The translations under genes were made by a program, and so were the position numbers. Below are positions 55,348 to 64,000 of a DNA stretch of 64,000 nt, piece after piece (within the stretch, counting starts at the first letter, position 1; every line of letters starts with the position of its first letter). Source of the stretch: a virus (taxonomy: Duplodnaviria > Caudoviricetes); the IMG/VR virus record IMGVR_UViG_3300050132_000146, positions 1,105 through 65,104 of that record, one strand, 5' to 3'. The notes under the pieces were generated by a model. That model did no database searches. It was not told the origin of the DNA and saw only the letters and a program-made list of their open reading frames with translations.

Positions 55348-58300
55348 ATGGAGCTTCCTAAAATTCCCTTCGGTGATGCAAAGCGTGCGCTGAAGCACAT
55401 GCTGAAGAAGAGTGGCGCGAAGATTAAACGCCAGGGCCTGGGGTCTGCTCCGGTTTATGTTACTCACGAAAAAGACCCCGCGATTAAAGCGGCTCAAGAC
55501 GCAATGGGACTGAAAGGAAATCATGTTTACATCGGTCGCGGGGAAGATCGTCTTCCTGGTGGTAAGCCAATTTTCCACAGCAAGGTGGTAGCTGCACTTC
55601 ACGAAACCGGACACTCACTAGATCCAAGGATTTCAGAACGCGGGACAGCCATTACGCATGGGCATCAAGGCACCGGTCACCTGTCCCCAAGCGAACAGGA
55701 GCATTTGAATATCGTCACTGAAAAAACAGCAAACAAGAATGCTCTTGGGGCACTAAAGGAAACCGGAGCAAAGGAGGGCGTCCAAAAGGCGTGGAAGAAA
55801 AACGCCAATCACCAGATGAAGGAGGGGTATCGAAAGCCATTGATTTCACGTCGATGGATGGCTGGTAAACTCCAGGCTGAGAAAGATGCCGGAAGAGAGC
55901 CATGGAACATGCGACCGGTTAAACCTAAATACTCGGAGATCAAAAAAGTTCTCCAAGAATCACCACATCTCCGCAAGAAAAACGTTGACCTATCGCGTAT
56001 TCAAAACCTGATCGAATTCATGGACGGACCACCTTCAATGCCAGAAATGCAGGGTAAATCGAAACTGAAGAAGCGCTTGCGGCGTAAGCTCCGTGAATTC
56101 GGCATGATCAGCGAAGTCGCGGGTCAGATGGCCACGCTTCCGCTTGAGAATAGCGTTGCTAAGAAGCTGAAGCCGATTATTAAGAAGGGTCTTTCTAAGC
56201 TTCCTGAGAAGTGGAAACCTTCTGAAGCATGGTCTGAGCGCATTGGAGACACGGCTTCGTACCTTCCTGGTACTGTGGCTGGCGCGGCTATTGGTGAGGT
56301 ACTTGGAAAGAAGAAGATGGATAAGCCAAAGGAGTTTTCTATTGGAAGCCTAATTAACGACGCCAATAGGCCAAGAAGCGATACAGACAGGCGACTTAAG
56401 GGTATTGGTGCTTACGGAAGCAACGCTGTAACCGGAGGTTTTACTGGCGCGGTGATTGCCGGGGCGCGGGCTGCTAAAAAGGGCGTTAACATTCATGATC
56501 CTAAAGCAATTGGTCCTCACTTCAACAGGGGTGCCGCCATTGGGGCTGGTGCCGGTCTGGCATATCGCGCTATCGCGCATAAAAAGATCAACAAGCTCTA
56601 CAAGGAAGACAAAAACATCAAGGCAGCAGCCTTACAGGTTCCGTTAATGACTGCCGCTGGCGCTGGTGCGCTCGGTGTTGGTGGTGCTATTGCTGCCACG
56701 GCAGCGGCTGGGCACCTGTACCGCTCACCCAAAACAATTGCCAAGGCCGCTGGTAAATCTAAGATTGGACGCAAGTTCAAAGCAGCACTGCTAAACCGTG
56801 AGCGTCACGCAAACCCGACCCGTCGTACCAAGGTCGTACCACACGGTAAAATCATCGACGCTAACACGGGTAAGCCAAATCTTGAGATCGCTGACAAGAG
56901 CACTCATAACCTACTGTCGGCTAAATACCCGGCGTTGACCCTATTCGCTGAAGAAATGAACGAACAGAAGAAACGCAAGAACTGGCAGACGGCAAAGGAC
57001 GCAACCAAGGTTGGCGCTGGAGTTGCTGGTATCGCTGGCATTGGACTGCTCACGCACAAGGGCAGTAAGGCTATCTCTGGTCTCGCCAAGCGCGGTCGCG
57101 CTGGATTGCGTGTTGCGGCAAGGAAGGCGTCTCAAACATCCGACTCCGTAAACAAGCTTGTAAATGAGCACGGCAAGGGAATTGCCACGTCAGCGCAAGA
57201 GGCTCTTGATAATATCAAGAACGCTACCGCCATGACTGGGGATATGGGGCGTATTTACGTTAAGGCCAAGGAGAATGTCACTGGGCATATTCCAAAGGCC
57301 GCTAAAGAGGGGTTCCATGAGGGCGTTCAGAGCAATAGGCCACACCTGGGTCGTCGCATCGCTAATGGACTCGGATTCCGTGTTCGCAAGGAAGAGCTAA
57401 AGGCCAAGATCCGCGAGATCTTCTTCAACTACCGAGACGAAGAATACGAACAACCCAAGCGCATCCTGACCGAAAAGGACCACGCTGAAATCGCAGCGGA
57501 TCGAAAGCATGTTCGCAACCTTGTTCTTGGCGGTCTGGCTACAGCTGGCGTTGGGGCTTATGCTGTGAGTGGGAATCCGTTGCTGAAGTCGGCGAGGAGT
57601 CATATTGGTAGCCTTCTCAAGGAGCACGCGCCTGATATTGGTCATTCCAAGACGGCTCGGAAATGGTTCCCACACTGGGAGGCTACACAGGCTAAGGCTG
57701 CTGAAAAGGTTGGTTCTACCGAAGTGCAGAAGCAGGAACTGGTTAAAACCCACAAGAAGGTTGGTGAGTATTTGAAGGAGGAGGTTGAAAACCCGTTAAA
57801 GGCTATTCATAAAAAGAAGCCAAAGGGTCCAATTCACGAGGCTTCAGCAAAACTGAAGCTCATCAACTTTGGCAAGGAAGACCAGCTCGTAGATACCCAT
57901 AACGTCTATTCCAAGCCGCTCGACGTAGCCACTGGAAAGTCCACGGGCCATGTCCGTGACTACGATGATAAGGGTAGGGCAACCGGAAGCCTGTCAAAGA
58001 TCTCACGCGAAGAAGCCATTGGTCATCATCAGGTGATCAAAGGTGTCTATCGCAAGGCTGAACAGGTACAAAAGCATGGTGGACGGGCCCTGAACCTAAT
58101 CCGTGACGCTGCTGACGTTGTTCGTGGCGAACCACGCGCCAAAGACCCGTGGGGCCGGAAGCGCAAGCGTGAATGGGAAAAGAGCTGGTTCAAGAATGCT
58201 GCTGGTGCCACGGTTGGTACAGTCGGCGCTCTTGCGCTAATCAAGAAGTTCCCAAAACAGTCTGAAAAGGTTGTTGATAAACTGAGCCACGCAAGCGATT

Positions 58301-58902
58301 TGTGGCACGGAACCAGCCGTCGTCGCCCACCGGAAGGAATGGTCGCAACTTCAGCTATTCTGGATTCTGTAAAGCACTTTGATTCAACCCTGAATGAGTT
58401 GGATTACACCGCCCCAGATTGGGATCTGCGCCATCAGCATCGTAAATCAGTGCGTGTCTATGCCCCGGAAGCGCACCCTCGTGAGCGTCGCGAGAAGAAG
58501 TGGCACGAGAAGATTGGTAATGAGCGCAAGATGTGGGCCGGTGGTGTATTAGCCGCTGGCGCGGTTGGTGCCGCAATTAATCACGGCGCATCTAAGGCAA
58601 AGTTTGCCAACAGATTGAAAAACGCAATAGCAAAATCAGCAGAACGTCACTCTGCTGATCTTGAGAAACACGCCCATTGGCAAGAGGCTGAAATTCATAA
58701 TACTGTACACGACGTTCTTCACAACTCAAGGCTTCCATCTCATTACAAAGAGCAGTTTCACTCAGAACTTGTGAATAGCGGAATTCATGACAGATCTGAA
58801 ATTGGTGCCGATAGGGAGAATGGGTCAAGGCTTATGCCCAGGATCAGAACCGAAACCCAGCCAGAACTTGATCTGAAGAATGGACACAAGAAGAAAGAAT
58901 AA
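55348..58902 (+). CDS. Large basic modular virion protein (candidate polyprotein/ejection cargo)
   Basis: Lies between the portal and the protease. Lys-rich, with Gly/Ala hydrophobic helices and an N-terminal 'LHETGH...E..AN' zincin-like motif. Confidence 0.75.
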   Translation: MELPKIPFGDAKRALKHMLKKSGAKIKRQGLGSAPVYVTHEKDPAIKAAQDAMGLKGNHVYIGRGEDRLPGGKPIFHSKVVAALHETGHSLDPRISERGTAITHGHQGTGHLSPSEQEHLNIVTEKTANKNALGALKETGAKEGVQKAWKKNANHQMKEGYRKPLISRRWMAGKLQAEKDAGREPWNMRPVKPKYSEIKKVLQESPHLRKKNVDLSRIQNLIEFMDGPPSMPEMQGKSKLKKRLRRKLREFGMISEVAGQMATLPLENSVAKKLKPIIKKGLSKLPEKWKPSEAWSERIGDTASYLPGTVAGAAIGEVLGKKKMDKPKEFSIGSLINDANRPRSDTDRRLKGIGAYGSNAVTGGFTGAVIAGARAAKKGVNIHDPKAIGPHFNRGAAIGAGAGLAYRAIAHKKINKLYKEDKNIKAAALQVPLMTAAGAGALGVGGAIAATAAAGHLYRSPKTIAKAAGKSKIGRKFKAALLNRERHANPTRRTKVVPHGKIIDANTGKPNLEIADKSTHNLLSAKYPALTLFAEEMNEQKKRKNWQTAKDATKVGAGVAGIAGIGLLTHKGSKAISGLAKRGRAGLRVAARKASQTSDSVNKLVNEHGKGIATSAQEALDNIKNATAMTGDMGRIYVKAKENVTGHIPKAAKEGFHEGVQSNRPHLGRRIANGLGFRVRKEELKAKIREIFFNYRDEEYEQPKRILTEKDHAEIAADRKHVRNLVLGGLATAGVGAYAVSGNPLLKSARSHIGSLLKEHAPDIGHSKTARKWFPHWEATQAKAAEKVGSTEVQKQELVKTHKKVGEYLKEEVENPLKAIHKKKPKGPIHEASAKLKLINFGKEDQLVDTHNVYSKPLDVATGKSTGHVRDYDDKGRATGSLSKISREEAIGHHQVIKGVYRKAEQVQKHGGRALNLIRDAADVVRGEPRAKDPWGRKRKREWEKSWFKNAAGATVGTVGALALIKKFPKQSEKVVDKLSHASDLWHGTSRRRPPEGMVATSAILDSVKHFDSTLNELDYTAPDWDLRHQHRKSVRVYAPEAHPRERREKKWHEKIGNERKMWAGGVLAAGAVGAAINHGASKAKFANRLKNAIAKSAERHSADLEKHAHWQEAEIHNTVHDVLHNSRLPSHYKEQFHSELVNSGIHDRSEIGADRENGSRLMPRIRTETQPELDLKNGHKKKE

Positions 58903-58929
58903 CCCGTTGACAATCGAAAAACAAAGAAA

Positions 58930-59409
58930 ATGAATACACTCGCTAAACTTGCAGAATTTGAAGCAAAGCTCGATACCGTGCTTTTTGACTCCCAGGAAGA
59001 TGAATCACATCCGGTTAAAAACGTCCTAAAGGCTGGCGCTGCCGTTGGTGTTGGTTATGGTGCTTATAAGGGTGGTAAGGCTGCTAAAAATGCACTCACC
59101 AATCGCTATGGCGTGACTGACGACATGGGTAATGTATCGGCCACTGGCGATATGATCAAGAAGGGTATCAAAAAGGATGTTGGAGACACAGCAGGTAGAG
59201 TGAAAGCGATCCCTGGTAAATTTGGTGATGCGTTTAAGTCGGCTCGTGCTGGCGCTTCCGAAGGTCTTGGACTCGACGTTCTTCCGGCATTGAAATCAGC
59301 CGCTAAGCGCAGCGTTGAGCGATTCTCTGAAAAAGATCTCGCCAAGCGCATTATCGAACTCGATACCCTCACTGACAAGATCATTGAACTTCGCGTAGCC
59401 CGCCAGTAA
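58930..59409 (+). CDS. Basic head-operon protein
   Basis: Similar composition, with the motif 'FEAKLDTVLF'. GTTGAC upstream. Confidence 0.7.
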   Translation: MNTLAKLAEFEAKLDTVLFDSQEDESHPVKNVLKAGAAVGVGYGAYKGGKAAKNALTNRYGVTDDMGNVSATGDMIKKGIKKDVGDTAGRVKAIPGKFGDAFKSARAGASEGLGLDVLPALKSAAKRSVERFSEKDLAKRIIELDTLTDKIIELRVARQ

Positions 59410-59411
59410 TC

Positions 59412-60368
59412 ATGCCACGCTACATCCACGTAAACGATGATCAGGTTCGTGAGAACGGACTTGGTGAAAGGATTCTTCGTAAAGGAGTAATCATTGGCGG
59501 AACCGTGGGCGGCGTGTCTAAAATCGGTGGCGTAAAGGGCGCGGTAATCGGAGCTGGAGCGGGACTGGCTGCTTCGCATATGATCAAAAAGATCCAGGAC
59601 CGCAGGGCGATTCGAGACGGTAATGTTTACGATAGGGATATTGAGCCAAATCAACTTGAAGCTATGAGACCTGGAATTTTGAAGGAGTTTGCGATTGATT
59701 TGGGCACTACGCCTGAGCCATATAAGCCATGTCCAATGCCGGTTTGTGATGAAGCGCCCAAAAGGTACTTTCCATCACTCTACATCGACAATAGCGGAGA
59801 GGATCTGAAGAAGATTCCAAACTCAGGTAAGGCCGTGATTACGTACAAGGTCAAGTCAAGGTCCAGTAATTGGAATGGTGAAAAGGAGACTCATGGCATG
59901 AATATCGAGATCCACAGTATTGCGCCGAAGCTGAAGGAGCTGGAGGCAGTTCTGGATGAGAGGTTGTTCGACTCAGCCGGTGCTCGCCCACGTACACCAG
60001 CAGGAACCTTTGAGTCCCAGGCGCAGAACGGTCTTCCTGATCCACTGTCGATCAAGAGGGCATACCAGACCGGGAGAGAGGATCAGTCTAGGGGGAATCT
60101 TGGACGTGGTATTATCGCTGCGGGTTTGGTGGGCGCTGCTGGATTGGCCGGACATAAGCTAGGCAAGGTTGCTGGCGTTGTGGACAAGAAGGCTTACGGT
60201 CAGGCAATGGGTCGAAAAGGGTACAAGGCGGCTCAGAACAGGGCTACGGTTGAGCGCGAGGGTCTTGGTAGCATGATCAAGCGTCAGGCTGACGAGATTG
60301 GTGTAAGGAAGAGCGTCGAGAGCGATCACCTGAAGGAAATTCGAGACCTCATGAAGAGGAAGAAATAA
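59412..60368 (+). CDS. Modular head-operon protein
   Basis: Glycine-zipper-like helices, plus 'LEAMRPGILKEF' and 'LEAVLDERLF'. Confidence 0.7.
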   Translation: MPRYIHVNDDQVRENGLGERILRKGVIIGGTVGGVSKIGGVKGAVIGAGAGLAASHMIKKIQDRRAIRDGNVYDRDIEPNQLEAMRPGILKEFAIDLGTTPEPYKPCPMPVCDEAPKRYFPSLYIDNSGEDLKKIPNSGKAVITYKVKSRSSNWNGEKETHGMNIEIHSIAPKLKELEAVLDERLFDSAGARPRTPAGTFESQAQNGLPDPLSIKRAYQTGREDQSRGNLGRGIIAAGLVGAAGLAGHKLGKVAGVVDKKAYGQAMGRKGYKAAQNRATVEREGLGSMIKRQADEIGVRKSVESDHLKEIRDLMKRKK

Positions 60369-60372
60369 TTAA

Positions 60373-60681
60373 ATGAATATACTGAATAAAAAGCTGGTTG
60401 AGTTGAATGCGCTTTGCGATGAGGCGTTGGTTGAGTTTTCTGATGAAAAGAAATCTTTGGTAAAAAAGATGGATGATTTTGAATCATCTCATCCTAAAAC
60501 AAGAAACGCCGCCCTCCTGGCTGCTGGTGCCTATCAGGGTCATATTGCGACAAAACATTGGAAAACCATCAAAGAGGATGCAGCTTACGCTGCCGATAAG
60601 ATTAAGAATGGATTTAAGTCTGGACACACCAAAGTCAAGGCTCATCTTCCAGATCTGAGCAAGGTTCACTTCCGTAAGTAA
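60373..60681 (+). CDS. Basic head-operon protein
   Basis: N-terminal motif 'LNALCDEALVEF'. Confidence 0.7.
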   Translation: MNILNKKLVELNALCDEALVEFSDEKKSLVKKMDDFESSHPKTRNAALLAAGAYQGHIATKHWKTIKEDAAYAADKIKNGFKSGHTKVKAHLPDLSKVHFRK

Positions 60682-60702
60682 ACAACTACCCAAAACACTC
60701 GA

Positions 60703-60736
60703 CAACCCAAACTGAGGAATCGGTTTGGGTTTCTTT
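60703..60736 (+). terminator. Intrinsic terminator
   Basis: AACCCAAACTGA-GGAA-TCGGTTTGGGTT followed by TCTTT. Confidence 0.65.
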
Positions 60737-60762
60737 GTTGACAATTCAAAACAACGATAATC

Positions 60763-62019
60763 ATGGCATCTCGCAAGAACAACGATCAAGAATTCCTTTT
60801 CGAATCCCATAATCTTGGGCTTGAGAACATTGATGCAGTGAACGGAATTATCCGTGGCGTTTCGGTGATCACATCCGGCGTAACTGCCCGTGGTCACAAT
60901 CTCCAGGTGGACATGAAGTGCCTGGAGCAGATGTGTGAGCTAGGCCAGAAGATGGGTAAGGTTCCGGTGAAGACGAATCATCGGACAGGGTTGGACGCCG
61001 TGAACGGATACCTAACGAATTTCGCTATCAAGGACAATAAGCTTAAGGCTGACTGGCACCTGCTGAAGAGTCACAAAGAGTTCCAACACTTGATTGAAAT
61101 GAGTGAGGTCATGGCCTCTAGTTTCGGCCTTAGTGCCGCATTTCTGGGTCGCTCAGTGGACGGCAAGAACCGCGAGATCTTCGATGAAGAAATCTCCCCA
61201 GGAAAGAATGTTCAGTACGTCCAGGATAATGGAAAGAAAGTAGTGCTTGGTCTTTCCGATAAGAGGTTTGCACGATGCTCTGAGTTAGTGTCGGTCGATG
61301 CAGTTGCTATGGCTGCTGCGAATCCAGATGGACTATTCGAATCCAAAGTTGACAATCGAAAAATAAACAATCATCAATCTATGAGCGATACTAACAAGAC
61401 CACCGAAGAACAACTTGCCGATCTGACGAAGCTTTTCGCTGCTCAGGCCGTTCAGGCTGAAACCCAGTCTGAAGCCATTAACCAGCTTTCTGCTACTCTT
61501 AACCAGCTTATCGAGTTCGCTACCAGCGAGGACGAAGAAGATGAAGACGAGGGCGACGATGAGGAAGAAGAAGACGAACCTAAGCATAAGAAGGGCAAGG
61601 AAAAGGGTAAGGATGGCGAAAATGAATATGCAGCCACCATTGAAGGTGCCATGCAGTATCTCGAAGCCAAGGTTCAGACCCAGCTTCAGAATGAGCAGGA
61701 TGCCCAGCTTTCCCACGCCTTCGAAGTGATCGAAGAAAAGGTGGTTGCTCTTACCGAGTTCAACGCCACCCTTCAGGCCGAAAACGAAGCTCTCCGCACC
61801 GCCTATAATAAGGCCAACGGTCAGTCTGCTATTCCTGGCCGCGAAAGCGCAGTACGACTTTTCTCGGCAAACGCTGAGTGCGATGAGTGGGAAGCCAAGG
61901 TTCATGAATTTGAAGCCGCTGGTGCCAAGAAGACCGAAGCCATTTCTAAGGCTATCGCCTTTGATGATGGCACCCTGTACCTGAAGCACCTTGAGCGTGC
62001 CGGTGCTGTGCGTAAGTAA
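60763..62019 (+). CDS. Prohead protease fused to a scaffolding domain
   Basis: Protease-like N-half 'GVSVIT.G.ARGH...NH...FGLS...SVDAV..AAANPDGLF' and an acidic coiled-coil C-half. Possible internal start at 61381. Confidence 0.8.
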   Translation: MASRKNNDQEFLFESHNLGLENIDAVNGIIRGVSVITSGVTARGHNLQVDMKCLEQMCELGQKMGKVPVKTNHRTGLDAVNGYLTNFAIKDNKLKADWHLLKSHKEFQHLIEMSEVMASSFGLSAAFLGRSVDGKNREIFDEEISPGKNVQYVQDNGKKVVLGLSDKRFARCSELVSVDAVAMAAANPDGLFESKVDNRKINNHQSMSDTNKTTEEQLADLTKLFAAQAVQAETQSEAINQLSATLNQLIEFATSEDEEDEDEGDDEEEEDEPKHKKGKEKGKDGENEYAATIEGAMQYLEAKVQTQLQNEQDAQLSHAFEVIEEKVVALTEFNATLQAENEALRTAYNKANGQSAIPGRESAVRLFSANAECDEWEAKVHEFEAAGAKKTEAISKAIAFDDGTLYLKHLERAGAVRK

Positions 62020-62045
62020 TCCAACCAAAACAAACTTCAAACAAA

Positions 62046-62417
62046 ATGAATCAACATAACAATATTTCGCTCACGCTGGCTACTAGCGTAGTCGCTCCCG
62101 CTTACAGCCGCCTCAAGGTGGTTACTGGCGGTCTCGTGGATCTCGCTGCTGCCGCTGATGGTACGCTGTGGATTGGTACCAACCTTCAGGACGCTGACCA
62201 GACTGTGGTTGGCCGTGACACTGTCGCCATTCAGGGCAAGTTCACTGGTATTCATTACGCCATCAATGGTGCTGCCACGGCGATTGCCGCTGGTGATGCC
62301 ATCCAGGCTGCTGATTCTGGCAAGGTCGCCAAATACAGCGCTGGTACTAAGATTGGTATCGCGCTTAGCCCATCGACTGCGGTTGGTGATGTGTTCAAAG
62401 TCATTTACCAGTATTAA
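62046..62417 (+). CDS. Capsid cement/decoration protein (DUF2190-like)
   Basis: 'AIAAGDAIQAADSGKV...IGIAL...AVGDVFKV'. Lies directly before the major capsid gene. Confidence 0.8.
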   Translation: MNQHNNISLTLATSVVAPAYSRLKVVTGGLVDLAAAADGTLWIGTNLQDADQTVVGRDTVAIQGKFTGIHYAINGAATAIAAGDAIQAADSGKVAKYSAGTKIGIALSPSTAVGDVFKVIYQY

Positions 62418-62462
62418 TTCGAGATCAAACCGAACCAAACCAAACTTCACTCTTTATAATCT

Positions 62463-63428
62463 ATGTACGCAAATGCAGCTTCGGTCTCTCGGCCTGAAAT
62501 CTCCGCTTTCCTTGAGGAAGCCCAGGGGATTGAAAAACTCCTGATCGGCACCAAGGTCTTGCCGGTCTATACCTCCACCGCTCGCGCTGGTCGTTATCCT
62601 AAACTTCGTATCCAGCTCGGCGAACTGCTGAAGACTGGCGGCGATAAGCGTGCTCCTGATGGTACGTATTCGGAAGTCTCTCGTTCCTGGGAATGGGATA
62701 CGTTCGACTGCCAGGAATGGGGTCTTACGGAACGTATTGACGACGCTCTGCGTGAGGAAATGAAGAATTTCTTCGACCTGGAAGTCACCACTTCGAAGGC
62801 TGTTATGCGTCAGCTCATGCTGGCTCACGAACTGCGGGTTTCCACGCTGGTTATGAGTTCCGGTAACTCTGGCTTCACCGCCACGAATCCTACCGCTGAC
62901 TACACCGAAGCCAACCTTGCTACGATTAACTTCGCCAAGGATGTCACCGATGCTCTGGCTCGTCTGGAAGCAAAGGGTGTTGTCCCGAATACGCTGGTCC
63001 TCAGCCGTGACTTGTTCAACCGTGTGCGCCGAACCACGAAGCTGCAAAGCTGGGTGTTTGGTAATGCCCTGGTGAACAGTGGTAACGCTGACATTACGGA
63101 AAAGATGCTGGGTGATCGCTTCGGGATCAGTCAGGTTCTGGTCTGTGGTGCCAAGTATGACTCCGCGATCAAGGGTCAAGCTCCTGTTCTGACGAATCTG
63201 TGGGCTAATACCACGATCCTCCTGGCTGATGTCAAGGGTGGTGACTTTAATGCCGGTGGCTTTGGCCGGGCGATTACCTGGGGCGCTGATGTTCCTGGTG
63301 GTCTGTTCGCTACTGAGAGCTACCGTGTTGAAGAACGCCGTGGTGATATTATCCGGGTTCGTATGAACAATGCGAATAAGATTATCGACCCGACTGCTGG
63401 TGAGCTGATTACGACCAATTACGCGTAA
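62463..63428 (+). CDS. Major capsid protein
   Basis: 321 aa with strong codon bias. HK97-like features 'RAPDGTY', 'AHELRV', 'PNTLVLS'. Position and downstream terminator fit. Confidence 0.88.
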   Translation: MYANAASVSRPEISAFLEEAQGIEKLLIGTKVLPVYTSTARAGRYPKLRIQLGELLKTGGDKRAPDGTYSEVSRSWEWDTFDCQEWGLTERIDDALREEMKNFFDLEVTTSKAVMRQLMLAHELRVSTLVMSSGNSGFTATNPTADYTEANLATINFAKDVTDALARLEAKGVVPNTLVLSRDLFNRVRRTTKLQSWVFGNALVNSGNADITEKMLGDRFGISQVLVCGAKYDSAIKGQAPVLTNLWANTTILLADVKGGDFNAGGFGRAITWGADVPGGLFATESYRVEERRGDIIRVRMNNANKIIDPTAGELITTNYA

Positions 63429-63452
63429 GCGTGAGGGTGGAATGAATTGAGG

Positions 63453-63480
63453 AAAGGCCGGTTTAAAAGACCGGCTTTTT
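63453..63480 (+). terminator. Intrinsic terminator after the major capsid gene
   Basis: AGGCCGGTTT-AAA-AGACCGGCTTTTT. Confidence 0.75.
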
Positions 63481-63530
63481 CATGTGCGGTTGACATGGTG
63501 TGAGAATCGTTCGTTGTTGGTGTCGTGTGT

Positions 63531-63568
63531 GGGCCGAGTTCAGACCTGTAATCTGAACTCGGCTTTTT
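63531..63568 (+). terminator. Second terminator-like hairpin
   Basis: GGCCGAGTTCAGA-CCTGTAA-TCTGAACTCGGCT followed by TTTT. Confidence 0.6.
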
Positions 63569-63590
63569 GTTGACTGGGAGGGAGGTGGAT

Positions 63591-63926
63591 ATGTCTCTTT
63601 TTGATGATGCCTGGAGCGGCGCTGTAGCCGAGAGCTTGAGTACTGCTGGACAGCCGATTGTGCTGAACGGCTTTGACACGGTTGCTAATGTGAGTACGGT
63701 TACGAGCACAACCAGGAGGGTTAGCGGTTTGCGTGTCGTGGACAACTCTACCATCATTCATGTGTCGCGGGATGCTTTTGAACAGAGTGGTTGCGCTAAA
63801 GGGAGTATTGCCGTGATTGGTGGTAGGAGAGCTAGGGTTATGAGTTGTTCGGATTTGGGTGGGGCTGGGTGGGAGTTGGCGGCGGAGTCGGTGGAGAATA
63901 GCAAAGGAATTCCAGGAGCACGATAA
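63591..63926 (+). CDS. Head-closure/head-tail adaptor-like protein
   Basis: Beta-rich ~110-aa ORF after the major capsid gene. GTTGAC 16 nt upstream. Confidence 0.65.
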   Translation: MSLFDDAWSGAVAESLSTAGQPIVLNGFDTVANVSTVTSTTRRVSGLRVVDNSTIIHVSRDAFEQSGCAKGSIAVIGGRRARVMSCSDLGGAGWELAAESVENSKGIPGAR

Positions 63927-64000
63927 TGAGCACACCTATCAGCAACGCATTGGAAGCTGGATTTGCCAGCACTCTACAGGGTCTTCTGGGAGGGTACACC
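63926..64000 (+). CDS. 3'-truncated tail-completion-like protein
   Basis: TAATG-coupled ORF (MSTPISNALEAGFASTLQGLLGGYT) running off the window. Confidence 0.5.
   Translation, partial: MSTPISNALEAGFASTLQGLLGGYT

Noticed and set aside
1-64000. Genome-wide TAG recoding
   Set aside because: Several well-bounded genes end in TAG (for example 10596, 22578, 45236, 46064), long genes have no internal TAG, and no suppressor tRNA was seen. Only one isolated case, at 50075, was found.
1-64000. Integrated prophage with host flanks or integrase
   Set aside because: No integrase, att-like junction or host housekeeping genes were seen. Both ends fall within virion morphogenesis genes, consistent with a permuted phage contig.

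Overview
This window covers most of a lambdoid-like tailed (siphovirus-type) phage genome of roughly 49% GC (my estimate). The sequence is permuted: it starts in the tail operon (chaperone fragment, tape measure, cadherin/Ig-like tail protein) and ends after the major capsid and head-completion genes. Between these lie, in order: a minus-strand glycan-modification cassette; an early region with structured intergenic hairpins; an apparently complete ubiquitin-like conjugation operon (Ubl, E2, E1/ThiF, a four-repeat protein, JAB); an inverted gpNu1/gpA-type terminase pair far from the portal; many small ORFs; a replication/recombination block (AAA ATPase and DnaB, each with a class-3-type intein, SSB, RuvC, YdaU-like initiator); tRNAs; a minus-strand lysis/receptor-binding block; and the head operon. 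Shine-Dalgarno motifs are largely absent and starts are preceded by AC-rich tracts, which fits a PVC/Verrucomicrobia-like or other SD-poor host (inference). The main candidates for new biology are: (1) the phage Ubl-E2-E1-JAB system, whose Ubl lacks a terminal GG and carries a Lys/Ala-rich tail; (2) a recurrent L-[SEDNK]-A-x(5-8)-F peptide motif that punctuates a 1184-aa head-operon polyprotein and tags other proteins, including a distant GNAT-like protein, suggesting protease-processed virion cargo; (3) a GTTGAC element 15-20 nt upstream of late-gene ATGs; (4) an in-frame amber codon in a lysis lipoprotein. All family assignments come from recognising motifs by eye, not from database searches.
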